A stretch of DNA of 64,000 nucleotides from an uncultured Gammaproteobacteria bacterium. GTDB taxonomy: Bacteria > Patescibacteriota > Microgenomatia > CAZETR01 > Amesbacteraceae. Shown here piece by piece: positions 40,328-49,840 of the stretch. The position numbers and the translations under genes are program-made. The notes beneath the pieces are model-generated. The model saw nothing but the letters and a program-made list of their open reading frames with translations. It was not told the origin of the DNA and made no database searches. Position 1 is the stretch's first letter. Every line of letters begins with the position of its first letter. The stretch is taken from NCBI GenBank assembly GCA_964518565.1, contig CAZFGX010000001.1, positions 734,568 through 798,567 on the forward strand, read 5' to 3'.

Positions 40328-41371
40328 ATGGATCTGTCTCAATACAACACGTTACAAGTTCCAGCTAAAACCAAAAGCTTCCTAGAAATAAACACACCTG
40401 AAGATCTAGAAAAAATCAATCTCACCGAACCATATATGTTTTTAGGTTCTGGTGCCAATGTATTATTTACCAAAGATTACCCCGGCACAGTCGCCAAAAT
40501 AAATCTCGATGGTATTACTGTCGTCGAAGAAACAGATACAGATGTCCTAATCGAAGTTCAATCAGGCCAAAACTGGCATGACTTTGTCACTTTCTGTGTC
40601 GAAAATGGCTTTTCTGGCAACGAAAATATGGCTCTCATTCCCGGCACAGTTGGCGCTGCCGCCATTGGCAATATCGCCGCATATGGTCAAGACCAAGAAG
40701 ACATCTTCGAATTTTTAATTGCTCGCGACCTCAAAACAGGTAAATCTCACAAATTCACCAAAAACGATATGGGCTTTGCCTACCGCGAAAGCGCACTCAA
40801 AAAAAATCCTCAAAATTTGTTTGTTTCATCTGTCACCTATCGCCTCTCAAAATCTCCGCAGTTTTCTCTAAATTACGACGCCAAACGCCATCAATCATTA
40901 CGTTCTAAATTGATGGAACTGCACGAAAACCAAACCTCAAAACAATTCACGAGTAAAGACATTTATGAAGCGATCATCGCCCTACGAATTGAAAAATTGC
41001 CCGATTGGCGCACTACTCCAAATGCAGGCTCATTTTTCAAAAACCCTGTCGTCACCAAAGATCATTTTCTTACCCTCCAGTCCCAAGTCCCAGATCTCCA
41101 AGCCTATCCACCAGAAAAACTCATTCAAACCTCAGACGATTCTTGGCTAGATTCAGCCATAGAAATCAAAGTGCCCGCTGGCCGTTTATTAGATCAGCTC
41201 GGTTGGCGCGGCAAACGAATTGGCAATGTCGGCACGCACCATTCTCAAGCGTTATGCGTGGTCAATTATGGCGCCACCGGAGCCGAAATTTATGCCTTCA
41301 CCGAAAGTATGCGCCAAGACATAAAATCTCATTACAATATCGATCTTGAGTACGAAGTACAAATCCGCTAA
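40328..41371 (+). CDS. murB: UDP-N-acetylenolpyruvoylglucosamine reductase
   Basis: GSGANVLF, IPGTVGAA, FAYRES, NAGSFFKNP, LEYEV. Confidence 0.95.
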   Translation: MDLSQYNTLQVPAKTKSFLEINTPEDLEKINLTEPYMFLGSGANVLFTKDYPGTVAKINLDGITVVEETDTDVLIEVQSGQNWHDFVTFCVENGFSGNENMALIPGTVGAAAIGNIAAYGQDQEDIFEFLIARDLKTGKSHKFTKNDMGFAYRESALKKNPQNLFVSSVTYRLSKSPQFSLNYDAKRHQSLRSKLMELHENQTSKQFTSKDIYEAIIALRIEKLPDWRTTPNAGSFFKNPVVTKDHFLTLQSQVPDLQAYPPEKLIQTSDDSWLDSAIEIKVPAGRLLDQLGWRGKRIGNVGTHHSQALCVVNYGATGAEIYAFTESMRQDIKSHYNIDLEYEVQIR

Positions 41372-41391
41372 CCTGTGCTATAAATATTAAT

Positions 41392-42072
41392 ATGGATCGC
41401 CAATCTGAAGTAACAGAACAACAAACAGAACTTCGTGGACTTACCCCAAAAAACCTGACTGAATATCTCTCACAGATGACAACACTGGCCATGGAAGATC
41501 TAGAGCTTGACAGTGAAAAAGCAACAGTCGAAAACGCCCTGCATGAAATAACACTCCAATCAAACAAACCTGTAACAACAGAAAAAATTTCAGACCGAGA
41601 TCGGCTATATGACACCGAAATCGGTTCAAAAGAACGCTTTCCAAATCCAGAATCTCGCCGCCCAAGTATAGGAGAGTATCCCGGATTTCATATAAGCCAA
41701 CCCAGACCAGACGGAAGTGTATTACACATATATGTCTATGGTGGATTAAGAGATTATGATGTAAATCTACGAGACGGAGTTACCTCACGCCAAAAAGGCA
41801 ACGACAGCGCTTCACAAACTGAAGATATACTTTCCCAACCCACAAACTTCCGTTTTGAGGTTACCGACGAACGTGGAAACAAGCCCACCAGCCACATGTG
41901 GATTGCAGCTACATTAATAGGCCATGAACCAGGACAATTTAAAATGGCAGAATCTGGAAACAGAGTTCTAAACAGGGACATTCTCATACCTCCACAATTT
42001 TCCGATGAGATTAGAGAGGAAACACAAATTGTCTCAAAAGTGAAACAAACCCTAAATCAGCGTCCTCGTTAA
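41392..42072 (+). CDS. Hypothetical protein
   Basis: 226 aa ORF filling the space between murB and ddl; no motif recognised. Confidence 0.55.
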   Translation: MDRQSEVTEQQTELRGLTPKNLTEYLSQMTTLAMEDLELDSEKATVENALHEITLQSNKPVTTEKISDRDRLYDTEIGSKERFPNPESRRPSIGEYPGFHISQPRPDGSVLHIYVYGGLRDYDVNLRDGVTSRQKGNDSASQTEDILSQPTNFRFEVTDERGNKPTSHMWIAATLIGHEPGQFKMAESGNRVLNRDILIPPQFSDEIREETQIVSKVKQTLNQRPR

Positions 42073-43092
42073 ATCCATTCTGCGATTATGTCGCTCAATC
42101 GCCAATTGAATTAACCTATCCAGCAATTCTGAATATTTCACTCCACTCGCTTCCCATAATTTCGGAAACATAGATACACTCGTAAACCCAGGCAACGTAT
42201 TGATCTCATTTACAAATACTTCGCCATCTTTGCGCAAAAAGAAATCGACTCTGGCCATTCCTTCTACATCTAATACTTCACAGCTCTTTATTGCCAATTT
42301 TTGTATCTTCGAAACCAAATCCTCATCCAAATCATCGGCAGGTATCTGAATCTCAGCCGCATCAACATCGATATACTTTGCCTCATAATCATAAAAATCC
42401 CCCTTCACAATCACTTCACCTACAACTGAAGCTTCATATGGTCGATTGCCTAGTACACCCACTTCCAATTCTCGCCCAGCTACCCCTGCCTCTAAAACCA
42501 CCTTCGTATCATAAGCAAACGCTCGTTTGACTGCCTTTTCCAACTCATCTAGCTGCATACAACGTGTCACTCCTACAGATGAACCCGTATTAGCCGGCTT
42601 CACAAATACTGGATACCCCGAGCTCTCCACAAATTCTTTGGCTTCATGTGTCAAGACTGGCTGATGCAAAACCAAAAAATCTGTCACGCGCACCCCTGCT
42701 GCCCGCAGCAAACGTTTTTGTACATCCTTATCCATCCCAATGGCCGATCCCAACACTCCTGCCCCCACATACGCTACTCCCATTTGCTCAAAAAGTCCCT
42801 GCAAACTTCCATCTTCCCCCGCAGTACCGTGAATGATTGGAAAAAATACATCCGTTACAACCTCTTGAGGCGTCAGAATATGTTGGACCTGATCTAACGC
42901 TTTCATTTCCGAAAACCCTGGTAACCATTTAGGCTCAATTTTTTGCCATCCTCCAAAACGATCTACGCCAATCAGAGTAATATCATATTTTTGCTTATCT
43001 AACGCTTTATAAATATTCGCCGCCGACCGCACACTCACCTCATGCTCCGCACTTCGACCTCCAAACACCAATCCCACACGAATTTTTGCCAT
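42052..43092 (-). CDS. ddl: D-alanine--D-alanine ligase
   Basis: GGRSAEHEVS, HG..GEDG, VKPAN.GSSVG, YDYEAKY, NEINTLPGFT. Confidence 0.96.
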   Translation of the reverse strand: MAKIRVGLVFGGRSAEHEVSVRSAANIYKALDKQKYDITLIGVDRFGGWQKIEPKWLPGFSEMKALDQVQHILTPQEVVTDVFFPIIHGTAGEDGSLQGLFEQMGVAYVGAGVLGSAIGMDKDVQKRLLRAAGVRVTDFLVLHQPVLTHEAKEFVESSGYPVFVKPANTGSSVGVTRCMQLDELEKAVKRAFAYDTKVVLEAGVAGRELEVGVLGNRPYEASVVGEVIVKGDFYDYEAKYIDVDAAEIQIPADDLDEDLVSKIQKLAIKSCEVLDVEGMARVDFFLRKDGEVFVNEINTLPGFTSVSMFPKLWEASGVKYSELLDRLIQLAIERHNRRMDLTRTLI

Positions 43093-43117
43093 GGAATAAG
43101 TATATAATAGCCTTGCA

Positions 43118-44293
43118 ATGGGGTTTTCCTTACTTCGTTTTTGGACTGGACCTCTTCCTCAGGAAGAGCTATTCCCTACCGACCGCCAACCAAATCCTAT
43201 ACTTCATTGGATTCTTCATCCTATCAAACGTCATATTGCTCGCCACTATCTGAAACTACTCCAGCGATTTTGTGGACTCAAGGTCATTGCCATTGCTGGC
43301 TCAAATGGCAAAACCACGACTCGCACGCTACTGGCCCACATTTTGCCCAATAATGTTGCCACCAAAGACTCCATCACCTCCACCTACAATATCCCCTCAT
43401 CAATATTGCAACTACGTCCTTGGACCAAATATTTTATCTGCGAGATGTCAGTCGAATATGTCGGGGATATGCGCTTTTATCGCTGGCTCACCACTCCAGA
43501 TATTGCCATTATGACCATGATCGAAATAGAACACACCAAATATTTTGGTTCAATTGAATCAGTAGCCAAAGAAGAAAACTATCTCCTCGAACACATGCCA
43601 AAAAACTCTATCGCAATAATCAACGGCAACAGTCCCAAAATTAGCACCAATACTCGCGCCAAAGTGTTCAAATTTGGCACCTCACCTGAATTTGACTCGT
43701 ATATCAAATCAGTAGAATTAACTCCGGATTTCCATACTAAAATTCAGATTATCGCCAAAGGTACCGAAACAACGCTTACAATTCCACTTGTTGGCAAGCA
43801 TTTTGCTCACCCCATTGCTGCCACACTCCTTATTTCAGACATACTAGATCTCAACACAGAAGAGAGTGTTCAAAATCTACTCTCAATCACTCCTCCACTA
43901 CATAGAGCCAATATAGTCACAAACCCATCTGGCTTAACAATTATCGATGACACATATAATTCCAACCCATCCTCTGCCAAAGCTTCAATTGAAACCGCAA
44001 TTGAACTAACAAAATTAACGCAAAAAAATTTAATAATAATTATTAGCCAAATGAACGAACTCGGCCAATATGACATAGCCGAACATCAACGACTCGCCGA
44101 ACAAATTAAAAAATCGGATACGAAATACGTTTTTTCAGTCGGACCTTCTGCCAAAAAAATCGGCAAAAACTTCGCCAACACCCAAGAACTAATTGACCAT
44201 CTCACAAATCAAAAACTTCCCAAAAATTCCTTAATCCTTATCAAAGGCTCTCGCAGTTGGAAACTAGAAAATCTGGTAGACTTGCTTTCCTAA
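43118..44293 (+). CDS. murF: MurF-like ligase (UDP-MurNAc-tripeptide--D-Ala-D-Ala)
   Basis: AGSNGKTTT, IIDDTYNSNP.S, MNELG, LIKGSR. Confidence 0.85.
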   Translation: MGFSLLRFWTGPLPQEELFPTDRQPNPILHWILHPIKRHIARHYLKLLQRFCGLKVIAIAGSNGKTTTRTLLAHILPNNVATKDSITSTYNIPSSILQLRPWTKYFICEMSVEYVGDMRFYRWLTTPDIAIMTMIEIEHTKYFGSIESVAKEENYLLEHMPKNSIAIINGNSPKISTNTRAKVFKFGTSPEFDSYIKSVELTPDFHTKIQIIAKGTETTLTIPLVGKHFAHPIAATLLISDILDLNTEESVQNLLSITPPLHRANIVTNPSGLTIIDDTYNSNPSSAKASIETAIELTKLTQKNLIIIISQMNELGQYDIAEHQRLAEQIKKSDTKYVFSVGPSAKKIGKNFANTQELIDHLTNQKLPKNSLILIKGSRSWKLENLVDLLS

Positions 44294-46116
44294 TGCAAAT
44301 TCTGCTCAAGCATCCTATTTTCAAAACCATCGCATCTCTAACCAATGATGGAATTTGGATCATCAATCTTCAAGGCCAAACCTTATACGTAAACACCAAA
44401 ATGGCCAGCCTTTTAGGTTACTCTGCCGAAGAATTGATCAATATGTCAGTCTACGACTTCTTCTTTCCTGAAGATCTCAAACGCAGCAAAGGGCGCCTTC
44501 ACAACACGTTCAACGGTCTAAGTAGCTCCCATACGAGCAAATTTCGCCGTAAGGATGGTACAGCTCTAGTAGTGGTTTCACGCACAGGTCCATTACAAGA
44601 CCAAAATGGTCTTATTTATGGCGCATTAGGGATATTTACCAACATCACCCAAGAGCTCACCCACGAAGTCGGTATTGCTCAACTAGCTTCCATCGTCGAA
44701 AGTTCAGACGATGCTATATGGAGTTTTGACTTCACTGGAAAAATTAAGAGTTGGAACAAAGGAGCCGAAAATCTCTACGGATACATAGCCAAAGAAATGC
44801 TGGAGGAAAGTATCTATAAAATAATCCCAAAAAATCCTGCCATACTCAAAACGATCAAACAACTCATAAACAGGTTAAAACGCGGCGAGTCTGTCCCTAT
44901 TATTGAAAGCGTTCGTCAAACCAAATCTGGTCAAATAATTCAGGTATCATTCAACGCTTCACTTATCAAATCATCGGATGAAAATATCTATGGCATATCG
45001 ATTATCGAACGCGACATTACCCTACACAAAAAAATTGAACAAGAAAACACCGAACTCTTAGCCCAACTCAATGGCCTAGTAGAAATTGCCCCTATTGGCA
45101 TCGCCTTTGTGAACAACCAGCTCCAGTTCATAAAAACCAACGACACTTTCGCAGAAATTGCCGGCCTACCATTCATAGAACACCTCAATAAAACTCCTAA
45201 CGAACTCTTCAATCCAGCACATGCCAAACTAATAAACAAACAATTCGACTCGGTTTTGTCAAACCGCCGTCTAAAAAGTTTTGAGATAGAAAATTTACGT
45301 GACACACCACAAAAACAATTTGTTTCGGTTATCTGTTATCCAATTGAAACTACTGCCAACCACTATGGTATCGGCGTAATACTCCAAGATATCACCGAAC
45401 AAAAAATTATCGAAAGACGCAAAGACGATTTTCTCAGTATGGCTTCTCATGAACTAAAAACTCCATTAACAGCAATCAAAGCGTTCACTCAATTATTACA
45501 GCTTTCCAAACAAACCCGAGCAAAAAAAGATACAAGCCTGCTACAAAAAATTGACCAACAAATCAACCGACTTACAAAGCTTGTAAACGATTTATTGGAT
45601 ATTTCAAAAATTCGTAGTGGCAAAATAGCCATTGAACCAGAGTGGTTTGACTTCGATGCCTTGGTCAATGAAACAATTAAAACGTATCAAGCAGCAATTA
45701 CCTCTCACCATATCAGTATATTCGGCAAAACCGAATCAACTATCTTTGCCGACCGACATCGAATATCGCAAGTCATTACTAATCTTTTGAGCAATGCAAT
45801 TAAATACTCCCCCAACAGTGATCAAGTCGAGGTTGAAATGGAAAAACAAGCTGGACATATCAACTTTAGTGTTCGTGACTACGGTATCGGCATCTCACCC
45901 ATCAATCAAAAACGTATTTTTCAAAGTTTTTATCGAGTCTTTGATCCAAATGACAATCAATTTCCCGGATTAGGTATTGGTCTATACATTGCTTCAGAGA
46001 TAATTCGACTACATGGCGGTACAATAGGGGTGAAAAGTCGACTAAGCGCTGGTTCTCTCTTTTATTTCAACCTACCATATGAAACCAAAAGTTCTCATCA
46101 TCGACGACGAAAATGA
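44293..46116 (+). CDS. Soluble PAS-PAS-PAS sensor histidine kinase
   Basis: Three PAS domains, ASHELKTPL, NLLSNAIKYS, D.GIGI, GLGIGLYI; no TM segment. TAATG overlap with the murF stop. Confidence 0.93.
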   Translation: MQILLKHPIFKTIASLTNDGIWIINLQGQTLYVNTKMASLLGYSAEELINMSVYDFFFPEDLKRSKGRLHNTFNGLSSSHTSKFRRKDGTALVVVSRTGPLQDQNGLIYGALGIFTNITQELTHEVGIAQLASIVESSDDAIWSFDFTGKIKSWNKGAENLYGYIAKEMLEESIYKIIPKNPAILKTIKQLINRLKRGESVPIIESVRQTKSGQIIQVSFNASLIKSSDENIYGISIIERDITLHKKIEQENTELLAQLNGLVEIAPIGIAFVNNQLQFIKTNDTFAEIAGLPFIEHLNKTPNELFNPAHAKLINKQFDSVLSNRRLKSFEIENLRDTPQKQFVSVICYPIETTANHYGIGVILQDITEQKIIERRKDDFLSMASHELKTPLTAIKAFTQLLQLSKQTRAKKDTSLLQKIDQQINRLTKLVNDLLDISKIRSGKIAIEPEWFDFDALVNETIKTYQAAITSHHISIFGKTESTIFADRHRISQVITNLLSNAIKYSPNSDQVEVEMEKQAGHINFSVRDYGIGISPINQKRIFQSFYRVFDPNDNQFPGLGIGLYIASEIIRLHGGTIGVKSRLSAGSLFYFNLPYETKSSHHRRRK

Positions 46117-46447
46117 CATCTTAGAAGCCATTACGTTGATATTAAAAACCCAAGATTTAACCGTCAGCACGCACACATCTGCCCCGCCTATCGAATGGAT
46201 CATCAAATACCAGCCAAAGCTCATCCTGCTTGATATGCTGCTTATTGGCAAATCTGGCCACGAAATCTGCAAAGAATTAAAATCTCATCCACAAACCAAA
46301 GATATTCCTATTATTCTTTTATCCGCCAATCCCATCGCCAAATTAAAAAGTCTAAGTAAATCATGCAACGCGGACAATTATCTTCCCAAACCATTTGAAC
46401 TAACTGAGCTAATAACCATAGTCAAAAAATACATACCCTCTTTCTAA
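46079..46447 (+). CDS. Single-domain response regulator (receiver only)
   Basis: VLIIDDE, ILLDM, LLSA, KPF. Confidence 0.92.
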   Translation: MKPKVLIIDDENDILEAITLILKTQDLTVSTHTSAPPIEWIIKYQPKLILLDMLLIGKSGHEICKELKSHPQTKDIPIILLSANPIAKLKSLSKSCNADNYLPKPFELTELITIVKKYIPSF

Positions 46448-46527
46448 CTTCTTACACATCTCTCCCTAAATCTTCAAGCCCAGCGAGTACAGTTCAAAGT
46501 ATGACAAATAGAAAGGGGGTGAAAAAA

Positions 46528-46746
46528 ATGAATCAAGATACCAACAAAAAAAATAAATCCAACTCTGCCAAAGGCTTTGCAGGCATGGATCCCGAACAAC
46601 AACGCGAAATTGCTTCAAAAGGTGGCCAAGCTGCTCACCAATCCGGCAATGCTCACGAATGGGATAGCCAAGAGGCCAAAGACGCAGGTCGACTCGGTGG
46701 TCAAAATAGCCGAGGTTCGACAAATTCAGACCTTGAAGAAGAATAG
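46528..46746 (+). CDS. KGG-repeat general stress protein (YciG/GsiB-like)
   Basis: GFAGMDPEQQREIASKGGQAAH..AHEW...EA..AGRLGG; strong SD-like GAAAGGGGGTGA. Confidence 0.9.
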   Translation: MNQDTNKKNKSNSAKGFAGMDPEQQREIASKGGQAAHQSGNAHEWDSQEAKDAGRLGGQNSRGSTNSDLEEE

Positions 46747-47240
46747 TTTTCTACTCTTCTCAAACCAATAGTAAATATGGGCGATCGAAATTGATCGCCC
46801 ATATTACAAATCTGGCGCATCAACACAATGCTTTCGCCTAATGCTTTTAAAAACAAAATCTTATCCTCCACATAAGCGTTAACATAAATTTTAAATACCC
46901 CCTCCTCTTGCTTGGGCCAATTCCAAGATGTCCGACCGCGATAGACGGCTTTTCGAGCCCCAAAGGTAATTTTTGCCTTGCACAAATATTCCAATAAAAT
47001 ATGCTCAAACAAATGACCAAACTCTGTATTTTGTACCTCTTGCTCAAATGCGAAGCCCTGATCATTAAAACACGTAGATCGCAAAATACTAGGCAAGCGC
47101 CACTGCAACAATTCTACAATTCCTGACAAACTATCTGTTCGATAAATACGAGATGTTTGTAAATACATCACCACCCCCCGTTTACCAAACGTACCTGATA
47201 TTGAAAAATTCTGGTCTTGATACCACAGTTTCTTACTCAT
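46701..47240 (-). CDS. Stand-alone cyanophycin-synthetase N-domain-like protein
   Basis: LPSI...C...F..EV.NTEFGHLFEHILLEYL...GRT resembles the CphA N-domain C...GHxxEHxxLE motif. Confidence 0.55.
   Translation of the reverse strand: MSKKLWYQDQNFSISGTFGKRGVVMYLQTSRIYRTDSLSGIVELLQWRLPSILRSTCFNDQGFAFEQEVQNTEFGHLFEHILLEYLCKAKITFGARKAVYRGRTSWNWPKQEEGVFKIYVNAYVEDKILFLKALGESIVLMRQICNMGDQFRSPIFTIGLRRVENYSSSRSEFVEPRLF
46774..46805. terminator. 13-bp perfect hairpin where the two convergent transcripts overlap
   Basis: AATATGGGCGATC-GAAATT-GATCGCCCATATT; lies after the KGG gene stop and inside the 3' end of the opposite ORF. Confidence 0.55.
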
Positions 47241-47256
47241 TTCTCACACTATAAAA

Positions 47257-47307
47257 ACCAAATTCTTACAATGCAAGCTGAACAATAAAATTTACCAAAT
47301 TCTTACA
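47257..47307. promoter_or_regulatory. 14-bp direct repeat ACCAAATTCTTACA in a divergent promoter region
   Basis: Exact copies at 47257-47270 and 47294-47307; the core TTCTTACA also occurs at 46449, upstream of the KGG gene. Confidence 0.55.
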
Positions 47308-47382
47308 TCACATTTATATCCGATTTATAACCAATATCTAATCTATATATATGAACACAAAACGAAAGGAGGTGAAACATCT

Positions 47383-47631
47383 ATGGGGATAATACTTGGA
47401 ATAATTCTCGGTGCTTTAGCTGGATGGATTGCCTCCATGATTATGAAAACTGACGCCCAACAAGGAACACTTGGAGACATCATCCTTGGTATCGTCGGAG
47501 CTGTTATCGGCGGAATAGTCATGAATTTCTTAGGCCAGCCAGGCGTAACCGGATTCAATCTATACAGTCTCATCGTCTCCGTCGTTGGCGCAATTGTCGT
47601 CATCGCTATTGGCCGTGCACTCAGTAGATAA
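47383..47631 (+). CDS. GlsB/YeaQ/YmgE (transglycosylase-associated) stress membrane protein
   Basis: IILGALAGWIAS.IM, DIILGIVGAVIGG, GFNLYSL; SD AAAGGAGGTGA. Confidence 0.92.
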   Translation: MGIILGIILGALAGWIASMIMKTDAQQGTLGDIILGIVGAVIGGIVMNFLGQPGVTGFNLYSLIVSVVGAIVVIAIGRALSR

Positions 47632-47641
47632 TTTTCCTAAA

Positions 47642-47679
47642 ATACCCCACCTTGATTATCAGATGTCATGGTGGGGTAT
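47642..47679. terminator. Hairpin downstream of the GlsB-family gene
   Basis: ATACCCCACC ... GGTGGGGTAT 10-bp stem; no clear U-tract. Confidence 0.4.
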
Positions 47680-47688
47680 AGTGCATCT

Positions 47689-48102
47689 ATGAAACAAAAA
47701 GATATCTCCACTCTACTCCATGAAATAAACAGCCCTTTAGCTTCGATGCAGGCCATCCTCTTCACCTTACCTATAGACAAAAAAATTCAATCTCGCCTGA
47801 CCCATCACATACACCGACTTAGCCAAGCCAGCCAAGTGCTTTCAGAATATTTATCCCCACAAAACGCAACCAAAGATACACTTGAAAGACTACTTTCCAT
47901 CTACACAAAAAGCCCTCCACAAATAATCAACAATATTTATACCTGGCCAAAAAACTCCAGCACTTCTTCAACACAATTTGATCAAGTACTTTGGCAACTC
48001 ATCACCAAGATTGCAGATAGTTTAGATATCCGTCTGAAACAAGAACCAGATCTAATCTGTCTCGACCTTAAACACGTAGCCAAATCCTCGAACCGAATGT
48101 AA
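47689..48102 (+). CDS. HisKA-like (H-box) protein lacking a recognisable ATPase domain
   Basis: LLHEINSPLASMQ at the N-terminus; no N or G boxes. Confidence 0.5.
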   Translation: MKQKDISTLLHEINSPLASMQAILFTLPIDKKIQSRLTHHIHRLSQASQVLSEYLSPQNATKDTLERLLSIYTKSPPQIINNIYTWPKNSSTSSTQFDQVLWQLITKIADSLDIRLKQEPDLICLDLKHVAKSSNRM

Positions 48103-48732
48103 TAATTTCTCCCGATATCCAGTATCAATTTTCTTACGCAAATAGCCCATGTATACATCCACCACCCGACTTTCCACATCAAAATTGTACGCCCAGACAT
48201 GATTCAAAATCATCTCCCGGCTTAAAACTACACCCACATGACTCATCAAATATTCCAACAATTTAAACTCATGTGTTGTGAGCGAAATTATTGCCCCATC
48301 CCGTTTTACTTCAATCCGTTTCGCATCTAATTCCAATCCGTGATAACTCAGCACACCGGTGTTTGTAGTTTGCTGGCGCAAACGAGCCCGTATCCGAGCG
48401 ATTAACTCTTCTGGCACAAACGGCTTTGTGACATAGTCATCAGCACCCAAATTCAACACTTCTACCTTCTCGTGCGTTCCAGTTTTGGCCGTCAAAATAA
48501 TAATTGGCAGATTCGGATGCAATTGACGCAATTGTTTACACACACCCTCTCCGGTCAAATCTGGCAGAGTTAAATCTAAAAGCACCACATCTGGCACAGC
48601 CTTCTCAACCAACTGTATACCTTCGCTACCCTTTGCAGAGACATGTACGACATATCCCTGCTGAGTTAGCAAATCCCGTAAAAACACCTGAATATCGGCA
48701 TCATCTTCTATTACCAAAATAGTAGTCGACAT
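48052..48732 (-). CDS. OmpR/PhoB-family response regulator
   Basis: IEDD, LLDL.LP, GADDYVTKPF, winged HTH SRVVDVYMGYLRKKID, VRGFGY. Confidence 0.95.
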   Translation of the reverse strand: MSTTILVIEDDADIQVFLRDLLTQQGYVVHVSAKGSEGIQLVEKAVPDVVLLDLTLPDLTGEGVCKQLRQLHPNLPIIILTAKTGTHEKVEVLNLGADDYVTKPFVPEELIARIRARLRQQTTNTGVLSYHGLELDAKRIEVKRDGAIISLTTHEFKLLEYLMSHVGVVLSREMILNHVWAYNFDVESRVVDVYMGYLRKKIDTGYREKLLHSVRGFGYVFKVETD

Positions 48733-48753
48733 GGCGTTCAGTATACTACAGCT

Positions 48754-49836
48754 TTAAACAGTACGTTCAACCGTATAAATGGCCACACCCTGCAAAAAAT
48801 CAATTGCTTCTCCATCCAAATCCATACTTCGCAGCGCCTCTGCCGCATCCACTGCTTTTTGCGCAAAATCTCGAGAAATCTGACGGTTATATTCCAAAGC
48901 CCCACTTTCGGATATTGCCTGCTTCGCTGCCAACACATCATCCACCGTAGCCTTCTTATTACCCCATACACGTTCAAACGCCTCTTTTTGGACTATATTA
49001 CCTAACTCCAGAGTTTTTAGTGCCAACAATGTCCGCTTACCTTGTCGCAAATCCGAATCCGCAGATTTACCTGTTTTTTCAGTGTCTCCAAACACTCCCA
49101 AAATATCATCCTGTATTTGAAATGCTAACCCTCCATACAAAGCATATGTGTGCAACATATCTCGCACGGATTGTGGCAATCGAGCAAAAATAGCTCCCAA
49201 CATTAAAGGATTCTGATAAGTATACAAACTCGTCTTTGCCGTATGTACCGCCAACACATCTTGCTCTGACCAAGATTGAGCAAACTCCATGTGCACATCA
49301 TGAGCTTGACCCATGACCGTCTGCATAATCGTCCGCTGTAAATGAGTGACTCCTTCCACCACCAGCGCCGGATCTAGACCACAACGAGACAGTGTTTCAA
49401 ATCCCAGTGCTAAAACCAAATCTCCAACACACACCGCCATACTATCACCATAATGTTGTCCATAAGTTCCAGCAAAAAAAGCCTGAGTAGTTGGCAACCC
49501 ACGTCGCAAGACATCTTCATCCATAAAGTCGTCATGCATCAAAAGTGCTGTGTGTACCAACTCGACAGCAACAGCTGCTTGCCATACGCCATCAGGTACC
49601 GATCTCCCTGTCAATTCATAAGCCACAGTCACAAACGCACTTCGTATCCGTTTCGACGGTGCCAAATTATGACCCATCGCATGCAAAATCATCTCATTTG
49701 CCAAATCCTTTTGCCCCTGACTAAACCCTGAATTCAAAGCCAACTCCTTCTCCCAAACAGCCTTCAACTTTTTGTCAATCACAGGCACAAAGGTTTTCAA
49801 TCGTTCTCGCGCTGCATCTGCAAGTGCAGTATTCAT
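48754..49836 (-). CDS. Polyprenyl diphosphate synthase (trans-prenyltransferase, IdsA/GGPP-like)
   Basis: KRIR, HDDFMD..LRRG, GQ..D, KT..Y, FQIQDD.L, D...GK.T. Confidence 0.93.
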   Translation of the reverse strand: MNTALADAARERLKTFVPVIDKKLKAVWEKELALNSGFSQGQKDLANEMILHAMGHNLAPSKRIRSAFVTVAYELTGRSVPDGVWQAAVAVELVHTALLMHDDFMDEDVLRRGLPTTQAFFAGTYGQHYGDSMAVCVGDLVLALGFETLSRCGLDPALVVEGVTHLQRTIMQTVMGQAHDVHMEFAQSWSEQDVLAVHTAKTSLYTYQNPLMLGAIFARLPQSVRDMLHTYALYGGLAFQIQDDILGVFGDTEKTGKSADSDLRQGKRTLLALKTLELGNIVQKEAFERVWGNKKATVDDVLAAKQAISESGALEYNRQISRDFAQKAVDAAEALRSMDLDGEAIDFLQGVAIYTVERTV

Positions 49837-49840
49837 GAAG

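Noticed and set aside
42052-43092. VanA-type D-Ala-D-Lac ligase
   Set aside because: The omega loop YDYEAKY is the D-Ala-D-Ala type, and there is no vanH or vanX.
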